Part shown: piece by piece, positions 1 to 11,805 of the stretch
Layout: each line of letters opens with the position of its first letter
Numbering within the stretch: position 1 is the stretch's first letter
Assembly (NCBI GenBank): GCA_002633005.1
Contig: NMRA01000209.1
Location: 380,569-444,568, forward strand
Source of the DNA: Phoronis australis
Taxonomy: Eukaryota; Animalia; Phoronida
DNA: 64,000 nucleotides
Direction of reading: 5' to 3'
Position numbers and translations under genes: made by a program
Notes under the pieces: model-generated
What the model was told of the DNA's origin: nothing
Databases searched by the model: none
Seen by the model: only the letters and a program-made list of their open reading frames with translations

Positions 1-595
1 TCAAGCAACACCTAGAATGTTTCATGAGACGCAATGGTATAAATGATGAGAATTTACAGTGGTGGAATTTGCCGTCGAGGGCTTAACAAAGCATTTTTAA
101 GCGTGTTTCAATTCATGAGACCGACGTGTGCGGATCTCAAAACACTGAAAAGGAAAAGACCAATTGTTACAGAAAAATGTTTTTTTGCAACAAGAAACGA
201 GCTTAAGCTCAAAATGACAATATAGTTGAAATCGCATTGTAAGGCTGACAATTACAAAAAAGTAAAACTAAACTCATCAACAAAAATTTCTTTGTCACAC
301 AATCGTCTCTAGATAAAAATACCCCATATTTTTACCTTTTTAATTACTTCTACCTTTTCCTCAGAGAAACAAAATCAATGTACATGATGGGAAATGCAAT
401 TTTTTCTCCTGCCAGTTTGGACATTGCATATACAATATGTATGACTACTAAGAAACGAAACAAGCTAAAACAAACTGTATGCTTAACGCATAAAGTCATC
501 TAACTCTTCCACGGTGTGTTGGATATTGAATCATGAGACGAGTGACTAAATTTCTGTGAAATCAATGTTGTTTTATAGCAAGTTTCGTTTTTTAC

Positions 596-712
596 CTTCA
601 TGTTCGGTCTCGTTGCCATGGCTCGTGCGAACGCCGTAGAAATGCTTCGCGGAACTGACCATAAAATAATTCTAGTTTGCTTAGACATTGCCCTGGAATT
701 AAAATTCATCAT
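596..712 (-). CDS. First coding exon of a Sulfotransfer_5 / BCAT-like-2 N-terminal-type sulfotransferase-fold protein; the gene continues left of the window
   Basis: MMNFNSRAMSKQTRIILWSVPRSISTAFARAMATRPNMK matches the family N-terminal motif (I.LWS.PRS.STAF.R.M). Similarity ends at a donor AAG|GTAAAA at 596/595. Alternative start ATG at 688. Confidence 0.8.
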
Positions 713-3700
713 TGAAATGGTCAGTTAGGTCATCACACCACGGCTACTCGTGAAAGCAAAATCTGAAATGTGAGTTTTACTGATCTCCGACTCTTACATA
801 ATCTGAACCATAAATCCCAATATAAAGAGTGGGCCCCTTTGTGCGTACCACTATCTTGAAAATCAAACGAAGACAAATATGCTGCTTCAAAGGTACAAAG
901 GCATTACCTACGACTGATTTCAGGTGTTGATAAGCGTTGGGTAATTATTATGTTCTTGAGAACCTTAAATGTACACTTGCCTTCACCCGTTTGGAAAACA
1001 GGGTGAGTTTTGCGAGCCCAAAAACATCACGTCACATCAACATTTCTTAGCTTTCAGCCATGTCTGTGTTTGCCTTATTTTGTTGTTATTTTGTTTCTTT
1101 AAAGTGGGCAGGGTTTAACCTGCGTAAGTATTCAGAATGGAAATGGGCTGTTACTGACTACGGCGGCCATTTTTGGCTGGGGTGCACCACCAAATGTAAA
1201 ACTTAAATATAAACAATCGTATTAAATTTAATGAAGTAAAATTAGTCGAAGTTATGTGGGGTGAGCGTTCTTTTGGTGATGAATTAACTTTGCGTTAAAC
1301 TACGTTTTATGACGTTTTTAACCAAAGTGAAGCGGAAAAGGTATCTTTAAGTGTTATACTTTTTATTCCAAACCTTTGTGACCTAAAACGACACCAATCC
1401 CGGTTCTGGCCTGTTAACTGATGTTACAAAACGTCATTTCCATCCAGTTTTCTTAAACAAAATAACGCCTTGTAACCCTTGACAACCCTCTAAAGTTCTG
1501 GGGCATATAAAAACAAGATTTTATTTGATCCTTGCTTTTATCTTTCAAGATTGGCGCCAATGATGCATTAGCAAGTGACAGAATGAGGATTGGCTGAAAG
1601 CATCAAAACAGGGTTTAGTGTCCTTTTAAGAGTAATAGCTTAACTATGAACATTGATGTTTTAAAGGTCAACATCAAAGTTTTCAAAGGTATGGCGATGC
1701 ACCTCTGGTTGAGGATATGACGTATCATACTGACAAGTCTGTGCATTCGGTCAAATAGCTACAAAACACTAAAATTCAAAAGGTAGAAGTTCGTATTTTG
1801 TGCAATTAGAAATCCAAAATAATTATCTTTTGACTACGTTCTAGGTTTGTCTAGATTGGGTCAGAGTGGCAATGTTTTTTAGTATAATTCCTGCTATATT
1901 AATAAGTAAACAAAGACATTAATTTGACAACATGTCCAAATTTTCAAGATGAATGGAACAAACGTTCATGAGCTTACTTCACAATTTGTTTCAATGGAGG
2001 AGTGGATCTTTACTAGAATTTTGGTGCCTGACCGTCGTGTATAGTACCGCCAAACACAAAAGTGACTTGCAAAAACCAATGTTGATAAGATTAAGCCTGT
2101 CTCTGGACAATTTTAGTAAAAACACTAAGCATTGAAAGATATTGCCACATTGGGAAGATAGATGACCAGTGACGAGTACATTTCTAACAAAAAGTGCACC
2201 GGCCTGCACGAAGCGTCTGTTTTATACTAATGTGAAGATTTCAGCATAGTAGAGTGTAGCTGTGGTGTCATCTCAATGAAGCCACAGTCAAATAAGAGGT
2301 GGCCTTAGTAGATTGCGCAGGACAATTCCAAACTGCAGAAATACATGTACGCCTTCAATACCATCCATGGTTAGCCGTTGTAGGATTTGTCTAATTTCTA
2401 TGTTTTCAAGTTGAAGTTGAAATTATTAAGCCCAGTATTACACCCATACTAACAGAATATTCCTACCTAGCTACACAAAATTAAACATCGTTCTGAAATA
2501 GTACATTCAAGAATTTGTTTGAAAATTCTTCCTAAGTCTGCAAATCCGACTAACGCTTCAACTGAGTTACTCAAACACACCAGGGAAAGTTTTCCCAACA
2601 ACAGGAACACGAAAATTTGGTTCATTTTGGTTCAGTACCACTTCTATCATTTCAGTGAGACAACAACGGTGCTTTAGCAGGGAACAAAGCGAAATTGGTT
2701 GAAATCATTATTTCCGTTTAAGTAATATATAACAAATTGGTTAAACACAGGCGCACGCGCCGACGCACATGCATGTAGGATTGCGAGGTGGCGCCTTCTT
2801 TTACAGTAAAAGAATATTATACTTGAGCAAAACTTGTTTTTGAAAAAAACAATTTTCGAGCACTGATAGATTTGCCACAATGCACGTATTGTGTGGCATA
2901 CTATTCACAACATGCATTTTGTACCATAATCGACGGATGTTCGATAATGCATTCATGATTGCTAATTATATGGCTCTCACTCTCTTTTACCTGGTGGCAT
3001 CAGCACTCCGATCACCGAAAGGCAACGCAACGTCTAAATGTGGAGATCTTGTTTTAATTGTCCGTGTAAAACACTTCACTAAATAGTAGAGACTGGAGCT
3101 CTTGACTTGCATTGACAAGTCAGTTTCAATTAAATGTTTAATTGCCTTCCGTAAGTCTGTTAATTATGATAAAACCGCCTTGGCACTCCAAGATCTCATT
3201 TCTGTATAAAATAGATTAAGCGCACACATGTCAACTTTAAATGAAAATTGTTATCGACAATTTCCACTTTCCTCATTTTTCGCAATTGATGTAAAAATTG
3301 AGGATACATACAAGAATTCAGTGACCATGCAAATAAAAATCAGCTAATGCTGTGGTTGTGCTTGTGCCCACCTTGGGTACAAAGTTACTGAGGATATATG
3401 ATGGTGGTCAAATGCCTTCATAGTCCTCTGCTGACAAACAAAAGTCACAATCGCGGTGAATTTTTCCCTATCAACAAATACAGTACTTCATCTGTTTCAA
3501 TTATACAGAGTGGCATCAACGCTACAGTTTTAGTATCCACATAAATCACTGTAATGCTACTGACCCATCGTGCACTTACTATGTTCAGGTTGCTTTTTCT
3601 GGCTCTTACATGTGAAGTAGTTGCCGTGAATGCGACAGTCTTGGTGTTAAATCAAAGTACTCATTCGTCATAATCAGTAGGCCACAACTCATGTTTTGTA

Positions 3701-3979
3701 AAGCATTGTTTTTCTAAGCACATGCTTGACTTAACGCCCAGAGACCGATTTTAGTTTCTCAATTTAAGCGTCCTGCATATTAACGCCAATTGGTCTTGTC
3801 TGAAGACGAATACCGGGCCCCCTATCCTGATTTTTTAAATTGCGTTTTTGTGAAGGGAATTAGGGAAAACAAAAATTGATGTTAAAAAGCTAAGAAATAA
3901 ATCACGATAAGACGTTTCCTAAGTGATCGATTGTATCGGTTGTGTACTAGACTAGAGATAAGCATTTATGTTTCATTGA

Positions 3980-4270
3980 CAAATCGCCACCAAGACTCAT
4001 GTAAGTATTCTGAATGTCCTACATGCCTGGCATCGAGATCAAACAAAACATATAGCCCAGCAACAACCCAAGCCGAAATGAACAACCTGGTAAAAAACAT
4101 TAACATAAATGGTCACCCTAAGAATGCATGGAATCAGCAACAACATCACAAAGGTCTGACAAACTGAAAGAAAGCACTACACAAGCTACATGTATGCGCC
4201 TCCCATACATACCTGGAATCTAGAAAAGCTAGGACGCAATCGCAAGGAATTCAAAATGAGAACCGAATAT
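3980..4270 (+). mobile_element. Penelope-like retroelement, degenerate RT C-terminal/linker fragment (piece 1)
   Basis: Translates with frameshifts to CLASRSNKTYS...EMNNLVKNININGHPKN...RLPYIPG, resembling the Penelope L..RA..IC...NGYP...LPY..G motifs. Confidence 0.65.
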
Positions 4271-4280
4271 CTAATGACTT

Positions 4281-4698
4281 GGAATTGTCATTTCCATTGA
4301 GTGCCTGCCACGATCGTCTATTATGTAACGAGTCCATGCAGTTCATTTCCATAACGTTGCGTTTCTTATTCAACAAGTCGAAGCAGGTGAACATAATAGA
4401 GCCCACACCACTTTCCTTATCGGTCGGTGTTTATGACTACCAAATCGATATCGGTTTCTTTATATGTTCTACATAGTTGTGCAAAGAATAATTCTTAAAA
4501 ATGTATAGTTTTTAAAAAAACAGTTACTTAGATAGGGAGGGGTGTTCATTACAGTTGACGTCCCTGCTCAGATTATCTCCGTTCGTACATGGGAGTACAT
4601 TTTCAATGAATTTCTCTGACGCCTCCGGTTTAGCGTTGCCTGCTTGTCAGTTGATGTTGAAGTCAACGTGGATGAGAAATCAATGTAACGGTAACTCA
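4281..4698. mobile_element. Degenerate MITE-like insertion interrupting the Penelope ORF
   Basis: Ends GAATTGTCATTTCCATTGA and TCAATGTAACGGTAACTC are imperfect inverted repeats; Penelope-like coding resumes after it. No clear TSD. Confidence 0.35.
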
Positions 4699-4781
4699 GA
4701 CCCTATGGGTCAACTACTGGCCGAATTCAAACCAAAAACAGGTATGGGGAAAAAGAAGAACGTCATCTATCAAATCCCTTG
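4699..4781 (+). mobile_element. Penelope-like element piece 2 (start of GIY-YIG endonuclease)
   Basis: LLAEFKPKTGMGKKKNVIYQIPC corresponds to the Penelope K.NVVY.IPC motif. Confidence 0.7.
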
Positions 4782-5247
4782 CAGGCCCGTTGCCAGGGGT
4801 TTGAGGGTTCGATCAGATCCTTCTCGCGCGTAAAAGGTCCAGCCCCAGCCTATCCGTTAAAGGTAAGATCGATGGACAACAACAACAAAACTTTTGGAAC
4901 TACTGATACTACTCACTGCAATGATAACTAAGTTAGTAATAACTATGAATTCACTTCTGAGTCAAAGCGATTCAGGCCGTACGCGGCCAATATCACCCGA
5001 GTGGTGTTTGCGTAAATGACAGGATGGGACAGACGAGGCTTTGTGTTATTTATCGACAGAATGCGGGTGGTGGCCACGCCATAATGTGACAACGGAGTCT
5101 AGAAGTAAATATCTCAACCTAGCCAAGCTATACACCAGCGAGCTGTCTCCCAAAAATTATACTGCGGTGTGAACGCCTTGAAATCGACTAGAAACTTTGA
5201 TCAGCGTTCGCTTGTCAGTGTTAATGGTGCACAGACTCGCAGACTTT

Positions 5248-6140
5248 TTTATGTATTTATTATCATTTACAAACAATTACAAAAACAAACTAACAAATAA
5301 GTACACCATTCATTCACGCATGCAAATCTCAGGAATACCATTCTCGTCATTAAAGACTGAACAAATATGTCTAAAACCCTTCAAATCTCTCCGTAAGTGA
5401 GTAATTGCTAAAGGCATGCAAGGAGAGTAGACATTAACACTTTTAAATTTACTTTGAAATAGAATTTTTTAAACCTTCTTAGAACAGAAACACCACCATT
5501 ATATTCTACAAAAATGGTTTTCACATTGAACCTATTTTTCATATTGTTTAAACTAACAAAATCACCATCAGAGGTATACATATCTCTAATGAATTTTAAG
5601 CCTTTTACAAACCAAGACTTATAAAAAACACCAGTCCTGTGCCTCCGATCGCCAAGATACTGTTAAACCACAAAGGTTATTATTTTCTTGTAGAAAGATA
5701 ACTTCCAAATACGTCGAGCCAGTAGGAATTACAAATTAGAGTTAACTTCGACTTAATAAAGTCATCTCCAAATGAAGCAAAATTCTTTAAGAACGGGTAG
5801 AGTGAGTACAGTAATTCACCCCTTATAGATGCAGGGCTTTCAAGTTATCTACGGGCCATAGCGAGTTTTAAAGCTTTGCTGAAAGTATGCATATTAACCA
5901 TTTGAATTCCTCCTTGATCAAGTCCTAAACAGGCCGTAGTTCGTTTAATTTTATCATTACGGGCCTGCCATAAAATCTAAAAAACATCGTATTCAATTTA
6001 CCCAAGACTTTTACTGGTGGATTTGGTAAACTTGACAACAAAAATTTAAGTTTAGAAATAGCTAATTACCGTTACTCTACCAATCGGCGTTAAATTTCCT
6101 CGACTTCAACTTGATCTCAGTTATTCTTGCAGCGAAGTTT
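5248..6140 (-). mobile_element. 5'-truncated, internally deleted Tx1/L1-like LINE
   Basis: Degenerate minus-strand ORF2 motifs: NLTPIGRVTV..LPNPP..DKIKRTT..GGIQMVN..ALKLA; YWLDV; PLWFNS..YKSWFVKGLKFIRD. AATAAA plus A-tail near 5250-5260; 9-bp TSD GCAGACTTT at 5239-5247 and 6141-6149. Confidence 0.8.
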
Positions 6141-6198
6141 GCAGACTTTATACGAGCAACAAACTTCAATTGATGGAAAAGCCTTGCCAGGCTACGAT

Positions 6199-7072
6199 GT
6201 GTACATGTCACTATTCCGAATGTTAACTACTCCGACGTTCCACTGCTCCAAAGGTTCACTACTCCGCAGGTTGGTTACCTCCGAAAGTTCACTACTTCGA
6301 ATGTCCACAATTCTGAAACCACAACTCCGACAGTTTGTTACTCTGATTGTCTGCTAATGACTAGAAACTGACAAGAAGGGAAGTATTGTATTTGTGTCCA
6401 TTTAGTAACCAAGAAGGGAACAGTTCTTAAAATATAGATTACATTGTTTACAAATGAGCACAGTTCCAAACACCGCCACTCGTGATTCTCGAATTTAACT
6501 AACGGCTCGTTCTCGAGCAGGGAGACCATCTGGGACACATCTCAGGGCTGCAGGAACCAACGGCGGTTTTAACTTTAAGGAGACTGAACGGCCACCTCCG
6601 ACATCGTGAAGATTAGCAGGGACAGGGTAGTCTAATAACTACATGGTGTACATGTAGTTCCGGTGAGGGAGATTGAGGCGCAGTGTTCCTAAACTTTCAA
6701 TTCACGCTGTGAAGGGATGCAATCTTGACATGATTTTGATGCATCGTGGTTGATAATTCATCAATATTCCTACTCCATATTCTTTTAAACATGCAAGTAC
6801 GTAATCTTTTCATTGTATGCATAAGCAATGCGAGCAATTAAGCATGCGCATAATATCCAAAGTGTTTCAGTACCCGGGAATTGTTTTCGGTATAGTTCCA
6901 CCACTCGGTTCATTCAATAGCCGAAGTATCGTATATTTCACTTGTAAAAGTATGAAAATTACACCTGAGTCCTAAGTTTTAGATATTTTGGAGTAGTGAA
7001 CCTTCGAAGAGGTGAACCTTCGGAAAAGACAACTTTCGGAGTTGTGAACCTTCGGAGTAGTGGACTGTTCCC
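6199..7072. mobile_element. MITE-like element with inverted arrays of ~16-bp subterminal repeats (TTCACTACTCCGAAGG)
   Basis: Tandem degenerate units at ~6207-6335 and their reverse complements at ~6985-7065; right end GGACTGTTCCC. Confidence 0.65.
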
Positions 7073-7500
7073 ATTTCCAGCGATGTAAGCAACTTAGGTA
7101 ATACAACCAGATAACAAATCTTGTAAAAGTAATTCTCCGGCTAAATATTTCCGTCCGAGTATGTAATGAGGTGTAATCACTCAATTAATCACGCCTGATT
7201 TGAAAGTTTGGCTGGAGAAAACGCTAGAACGTTCTCTTTTGGACCACATGACATCCGAATTTAAGGCCCGTTCTTCGCGATCGAGCGACCGTCACGACAT
7301 CCTCATTGCTGACATTACGAATGTCCGCGACTGATCTCAGGAGCATATGCAGAGCTGAGAGTCACAGTCTTGTATAGAGATTTCTGCATCGACGGCCACA
7401 CCAAAAACTCTTCTGAGTCGACGTTTGCAAAATGCCAAAGGTCCACCGTTCTAGAAATTCGAACCTACCGCCGCAAAATGCTGGCTACGGGCCTGCATTG

Positions 7501-8010
7501 TGTCTAAGGAGAATCCTACATCTGTGAAACACCAATGCCTCTGGACGCACCGATTCCTGAACCCAAGAAACGTTGCAGAGAAGGCAAAAGCTTATCATGA
7601 ATAACTGAGCACATGTGGACAATAAAACAAAACATACAGTAGAGTAACATCCGGGTACTTGACAGCTAAGCAGGCTGAACCTAAACAAAGATCAGGGAAG
7701 CCATTTATGCGCATGACGCTATACGGTAATATCTTCCGTCAGCCCAGCAAGCACCCAACTGACACCTGATTACCACTCTCAAGGAGATATAAGCATAACC
7801 AATTTCCCTAAAAGCTAATGGGTGATACGGTGGTGTTTTTGGTTAGGGTGCTGGACTGGTGAGGTAGCAAGCCCAGCTCAGGCCAATAAAAGGAAAAGGT
7901 GTTCGGCACTGACAACTTTGAGTGTACCATACACTCTTCCTCGTGCTACTAAGAACGATGTAACACCTGAAGATGGCTAAAGAAATGCCCGACCAAAGCG
8001 TCATACCAAT
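7501..8010 (+). mobile_element. Penelope-like element piece 3 (rest of GIY-YIG and 3' region)
   Basis: GESYICET..L...I.E.KK (YIGET-like), later NLNKDQG (LNRD.G-like), followed by a hammerhead-like motif. Confidence 0.65.
7966..8003 (+). ncRNA. Degenerate Penelope-associated minimal hammerhead ribozyme, probably inactive
   Basis: CCTGAAGATGG...GACC-AAAGCGTC: the CUGANGA box is intact, the GAAA box lacks its G, and a GTC cleavage triplet is present. It lies downstream of the Penelope ORF. Confidence 0.4.
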
Positions 8011-9938
8011 GTAAATAGGCTAGAGGTTGGTGCAAGTAGACCTGTAGACCTATAGAAATCATAATGTTACCTTATGTATTGTCGAAAGCTAATATCTTCA
8101 ATAAGTATGAGATTTTAAAGTGTTTGACTAGTTTCTACATTGTCTCAAACGAACAGAGCTGTCACCATTCCTTTCTCACATTGTTGGCGAGAAAAGTGAT
8201 TTTCTGAGAAAATCTTAAGCACGGAGTAGAATTATCTAGAGAATCTGTTCCTTGAAAAATGATTGATGACTAATGACAGAAATGTTATTTACTCCATGCT
8301 CCAAATTGCTGAAAACATGTTTAGCCGAGTAAACATGAGAGAATTACAGTGTATGTACATGTATGTAAATGATCTATTATTAATTATTTCAAAAAACAAA
8401 AACTGCTACTAAAGTTCAATAAACTAAAGAGTGTAATGATATCAAAAAGGAAATAAACCAGAAAGGTTATAGCAGTGACTATTTAAACCAGCAGGGTGTC
8501 AGAATAAATATTGATTAAGCAATTAGTAAGAATAGATCCATTTTAAGTTGCCTAAAATTTGTGCATATGTACTTTTATGGGGTCAGACTTGTTGACATGT
8601 ATTTTAACGTCAAAATCTATTTTTAGATGGTGTTTACAACTTTGGGTTCTGGGGTCAAAGTACTCTAGAGATTCTAGAATATTCTGAGAACAAATTGTAA
8701 CAGCCAATAATATGAGTGGATATGATCATGTGGTTTTTATTAGCCAATCACTAAATAAGTAGAATGTTATATTATGGGCTGAAATCAGCAAGATAATCAG
8801 ATGCGCTAAAGTAGTTGAATCATAAAGACTTGCTGCGGTGTACAGAAGCAGTTGTACGACAGAGCCATCTCGTGGAAGATTCTAGAAAGGATCTTGGCAA
8901 GGGCAAGGGTTAACGAACCGGAAGTTAACTAAGAGCTTGTCACTTGCATGGTGGGCCGGGTAGTAAGATACTACCTGAAGTGTTGCGTCATCGGCTAGAG
9001 ACTGTGACCAGCAAGAAGAATCGCGGGTAGAAGAAATTGCGTGCAAGTGTTGAATCACCAGAGACGGTGACCAGCAAGTACACTGTCGCTATACAGTGTG
9101 TGTAGTTCGAAGATTCACCAACAGGACAGACATCCAACAAGTGGAGAGTCCTAGCTTGGATAGCAGATAAGACATTTGATCGTTTGGTTGTTTGATTAAA
9201 GTAATCTTTAAAGAGGGCGCTAGCGTAGTTTCTCTTTGTGGTTGATTACTTAATTAACAATAAATTTCATTTGTCTAATTAGGGGTTATCATATAATAAA
9301 TTAATTACTGGATTTGATTATTCACTCTCCATCTACGCACAACTTCAAATCATAGCTACCTTTTAAACAAACCCACACAGACTATCGTCTGACACAGGCA
9401 AATAATTCCAATGGCTCCAAAGATTTCTGACCTATCAAGACAAAGACTCTATAATATAGTTCCTCAAAGTTGATGTGAAGAATTTACCAAGGCATTTAAC
9501 CGAAATTATCTATCTTCACATATTTATTAAATATTTGGTGCCATTTGATTCAGTTTTTCTTTCTGTTTTACCGTAAAAAGATGCTCTGGAAAACGCTTTT
9601 ACGATTGTTTTGTTGCTAAAGTAAGTGGACTCTGGGAAGAAACAATGTTATTTTCATCACCCGTTGCACGGTTGTTAACATTCGAGAATGGAAAACATCA
9701 TAGCTGGATTGAAAAGCGGGACCTCGGGATAGAGAGCGAGTCATCTGGCTCTTTACGAAAAATGCGAGGACAAATTGTTAACCACAACAGCGTTTTTGTC
9801 GAGCAAGAGACGTACAGTGTAACACCCCAAACCACCCAAGGGCGGTCTTTTTTCGCGTTGAGATGGAAATTACGATAAACTAAAAAACCCACGAAACGTT
9901 TGTTTTTCTCTTTACAGCCCAGCAAGACTCTAGGGCTA

Positions 9939-10387
9939 AAAAGGTGCAGGTGGCCTGATGCCTTTTGCGGTACATCAGACGTGTTTAGGCCATAAGGCCG
10001 GGCTCATTACACTAGTCACCTGAGTATGACTCATGTGGACACAACACCGGATTCCTCATGGGTGAAATCTTCCAATCAACCTGTTTGTTTTCAGAAAGAC
10101 AGAAAGACTATTAAACCTCTTTGAACTAACAATGTTAGCCCGGCACTACAGTGTATGTGTCCGTCAAGTTGTAGATTACGGTGTCTGTTGAGGACAGGGC
10201 AAATCTCCACCAGATGTTGAAGAGTCTCGGCCTCTAAGCCACAGTTGGGACGCAATGAACATGCCATGTGGCCTGTGATGTTACGGTGCCGAGCTAGGTT
10301 GCAGTTTCCAGTAATAACCTGGATCAGCTGCCTTATAGCAAACCTATCTAAACATAACAGCTTCTGTGAACCTTTTGGTTCAATAGT
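9939..10387 (-). mobile_element. 5'-truncated LINE, LOA/R1/I-group-like ORF2 C-terminus
   Basis: LLCLDRFAIRQLIQVITGNCNLARH...CGLEAETLQHLVEICP (LTGH plus degenerate CCHC knuckle). 12-bp TSD ACTCTAGGGCTA (9927-9938) and ACTCAAGGGCTA (10388-10399). Confidence 0.75.
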
Positions 10388-10685
10388 ACTCAAGGGCTAT
10401 GTTTGGAGGTATATAAAAATAGAATATAATATGTCAATTTCGCCATGTGCCAAAAAGCAGAAAATTTTGAGGTTGTAATGGGATGGCGGAAAAAATCAGA
10501 AAGTGTGATAGTGCGTTAAGAGCGGGTCAATTAGCAAGTACAATGTACGCTGGCAGCAACACTAAGTGTAAACTTTTATTTCTTAAACATATTTCATCGG
10601 TATAGATAAATGCTTTAGAAATCGAATTCATAAAATTGTACAAGTGAATTGTTATAGAATCAATTGAAAACATCAATAATTGATG

Positions 10686-10760
10686 CATACACGCACACGC
10701 ACACACACACACACATGCACACACGCACACATACATGTACAGTACACACACACACAGACA
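10686..10760. repeat. Imperfect (CA)n / alternating purine-pyrimidine microsatellite
   Basis: catacacgcacacgcacacacacacacacatgcacacacgcacac... Confidence 0.9.
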
Positions 10761-11630
10761 CTGATTTAGCTACGCAAATGCGAGTATTTTTGAAAAGTCA
10801 CGTAAGCATACCTCTAGTGTTCGTTGAGCCTGAATATTTCATGTTTAATCGCAGAACAAACACTTTGAACCCATGTAAAAGTGTTTTTGTTGAAAAACTC
10901 CTATCATATAGTTTGATAGGCAGCCGAAAATAGGAGCTGAAAAGTTATCAGAGGCCAGACTATTCCCGTATCCAGCCAAGACCAAAGGTCGATGCGTACG
11001 AAGAATGACCACTGTGATTGTCGGTTTGTTGACTGATTTTGAAGGGAAATCGCTGGTTGTCTGTAACCGCACCTAGAGAGTTTCTACTGATGATCAAAAA
11101 TAACATAAAGCAATAAGGAGTTAAGCTTGATTTCATACCTATACTGTATAATTAACATTCGGTTAGAACCCTGTCGCGGAGACAACCAGATATTCAAAGA
11201 TGCAAACTCTTGCGGCTAGTTTAGGGGTCACGAGTGGAAGTAAGCATTCCAGGACTGGAGTGTTATTGTAAGAGCCTATCTTGTAGCTTACTTGATGATC
11301 CGGCAAACACAAGAAAACCTCGCATTTTCAGGCTGAAAACTGCAGTCAAACACAAATCGATTATCGCGACCCCCTTTCAGTCCTGGCCTAGCCTGGGGGA
11401 ATTTTACAGGTATTTTGACGAACAATCAGGCTCTATCGCCTTACAGAGTCTAAGCACTTTAGAATATGTCTATTCAATTGCATTCATGTGTATAGTGTTT
11501 CTGCGCATCCCACTGATTCGATTAGTGAAAAGACTGACTTTCGATCACCTCTGTAAGTCATAGTGAGTATATATGGTTTGAGAATGCACGAAACGTCTAA
11601 CATGCAGGTAATACCAAGACTCGGCTCAAA

Positions 11631-11805
11631 ATGGTGATTTCACTCGTCGACCACAGCGTGGAAAGACTCGGCTACCGGGCAAGGGAAATATTGATTTGTA
11701 CTGTTGTGCTAGTCTTGGCTGTTATTCGTGGAGGGACGAATTACAGTTTTGGCACTCTCACTGTAGCCATTCGTGAGGAATTTAATCAATCGCTGGCTGA
11801 AGCTG
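11631..11805 (+). CDS. SLC16/MCT-like MFS transporter, exon 1
   Basis: MVISLVD...ICTVVLVLAVIRGGTNYSFGTLTVAIREEFNQSLAEA (TM1 plus F..S loop); donor G|GTAAG, phase 1. An upstream exon cannot be excluded. Confidence 0.85.

Larger units (their letters stand above)
4782..7495. mobile_element. Non-autonomous TIR DNA element with 5-bp TSD, carrying nested insertions
   Basis: TIRs CAGGCCCGTTGCCAG and CTGGCTACGGGCCTG; flanks CCTTG and CATTG. Removing it rejoins VIYQIPC to V*GESYICET. Confidence 0.75.

Noticed and set aside
8696-9291. Possible solo LTR (TGTAAC...GTTATCA with a late AATAAA)
   Set aside because: No matching TSD, weak terminal inverted repeat, and no second copy or PBS/PPT.
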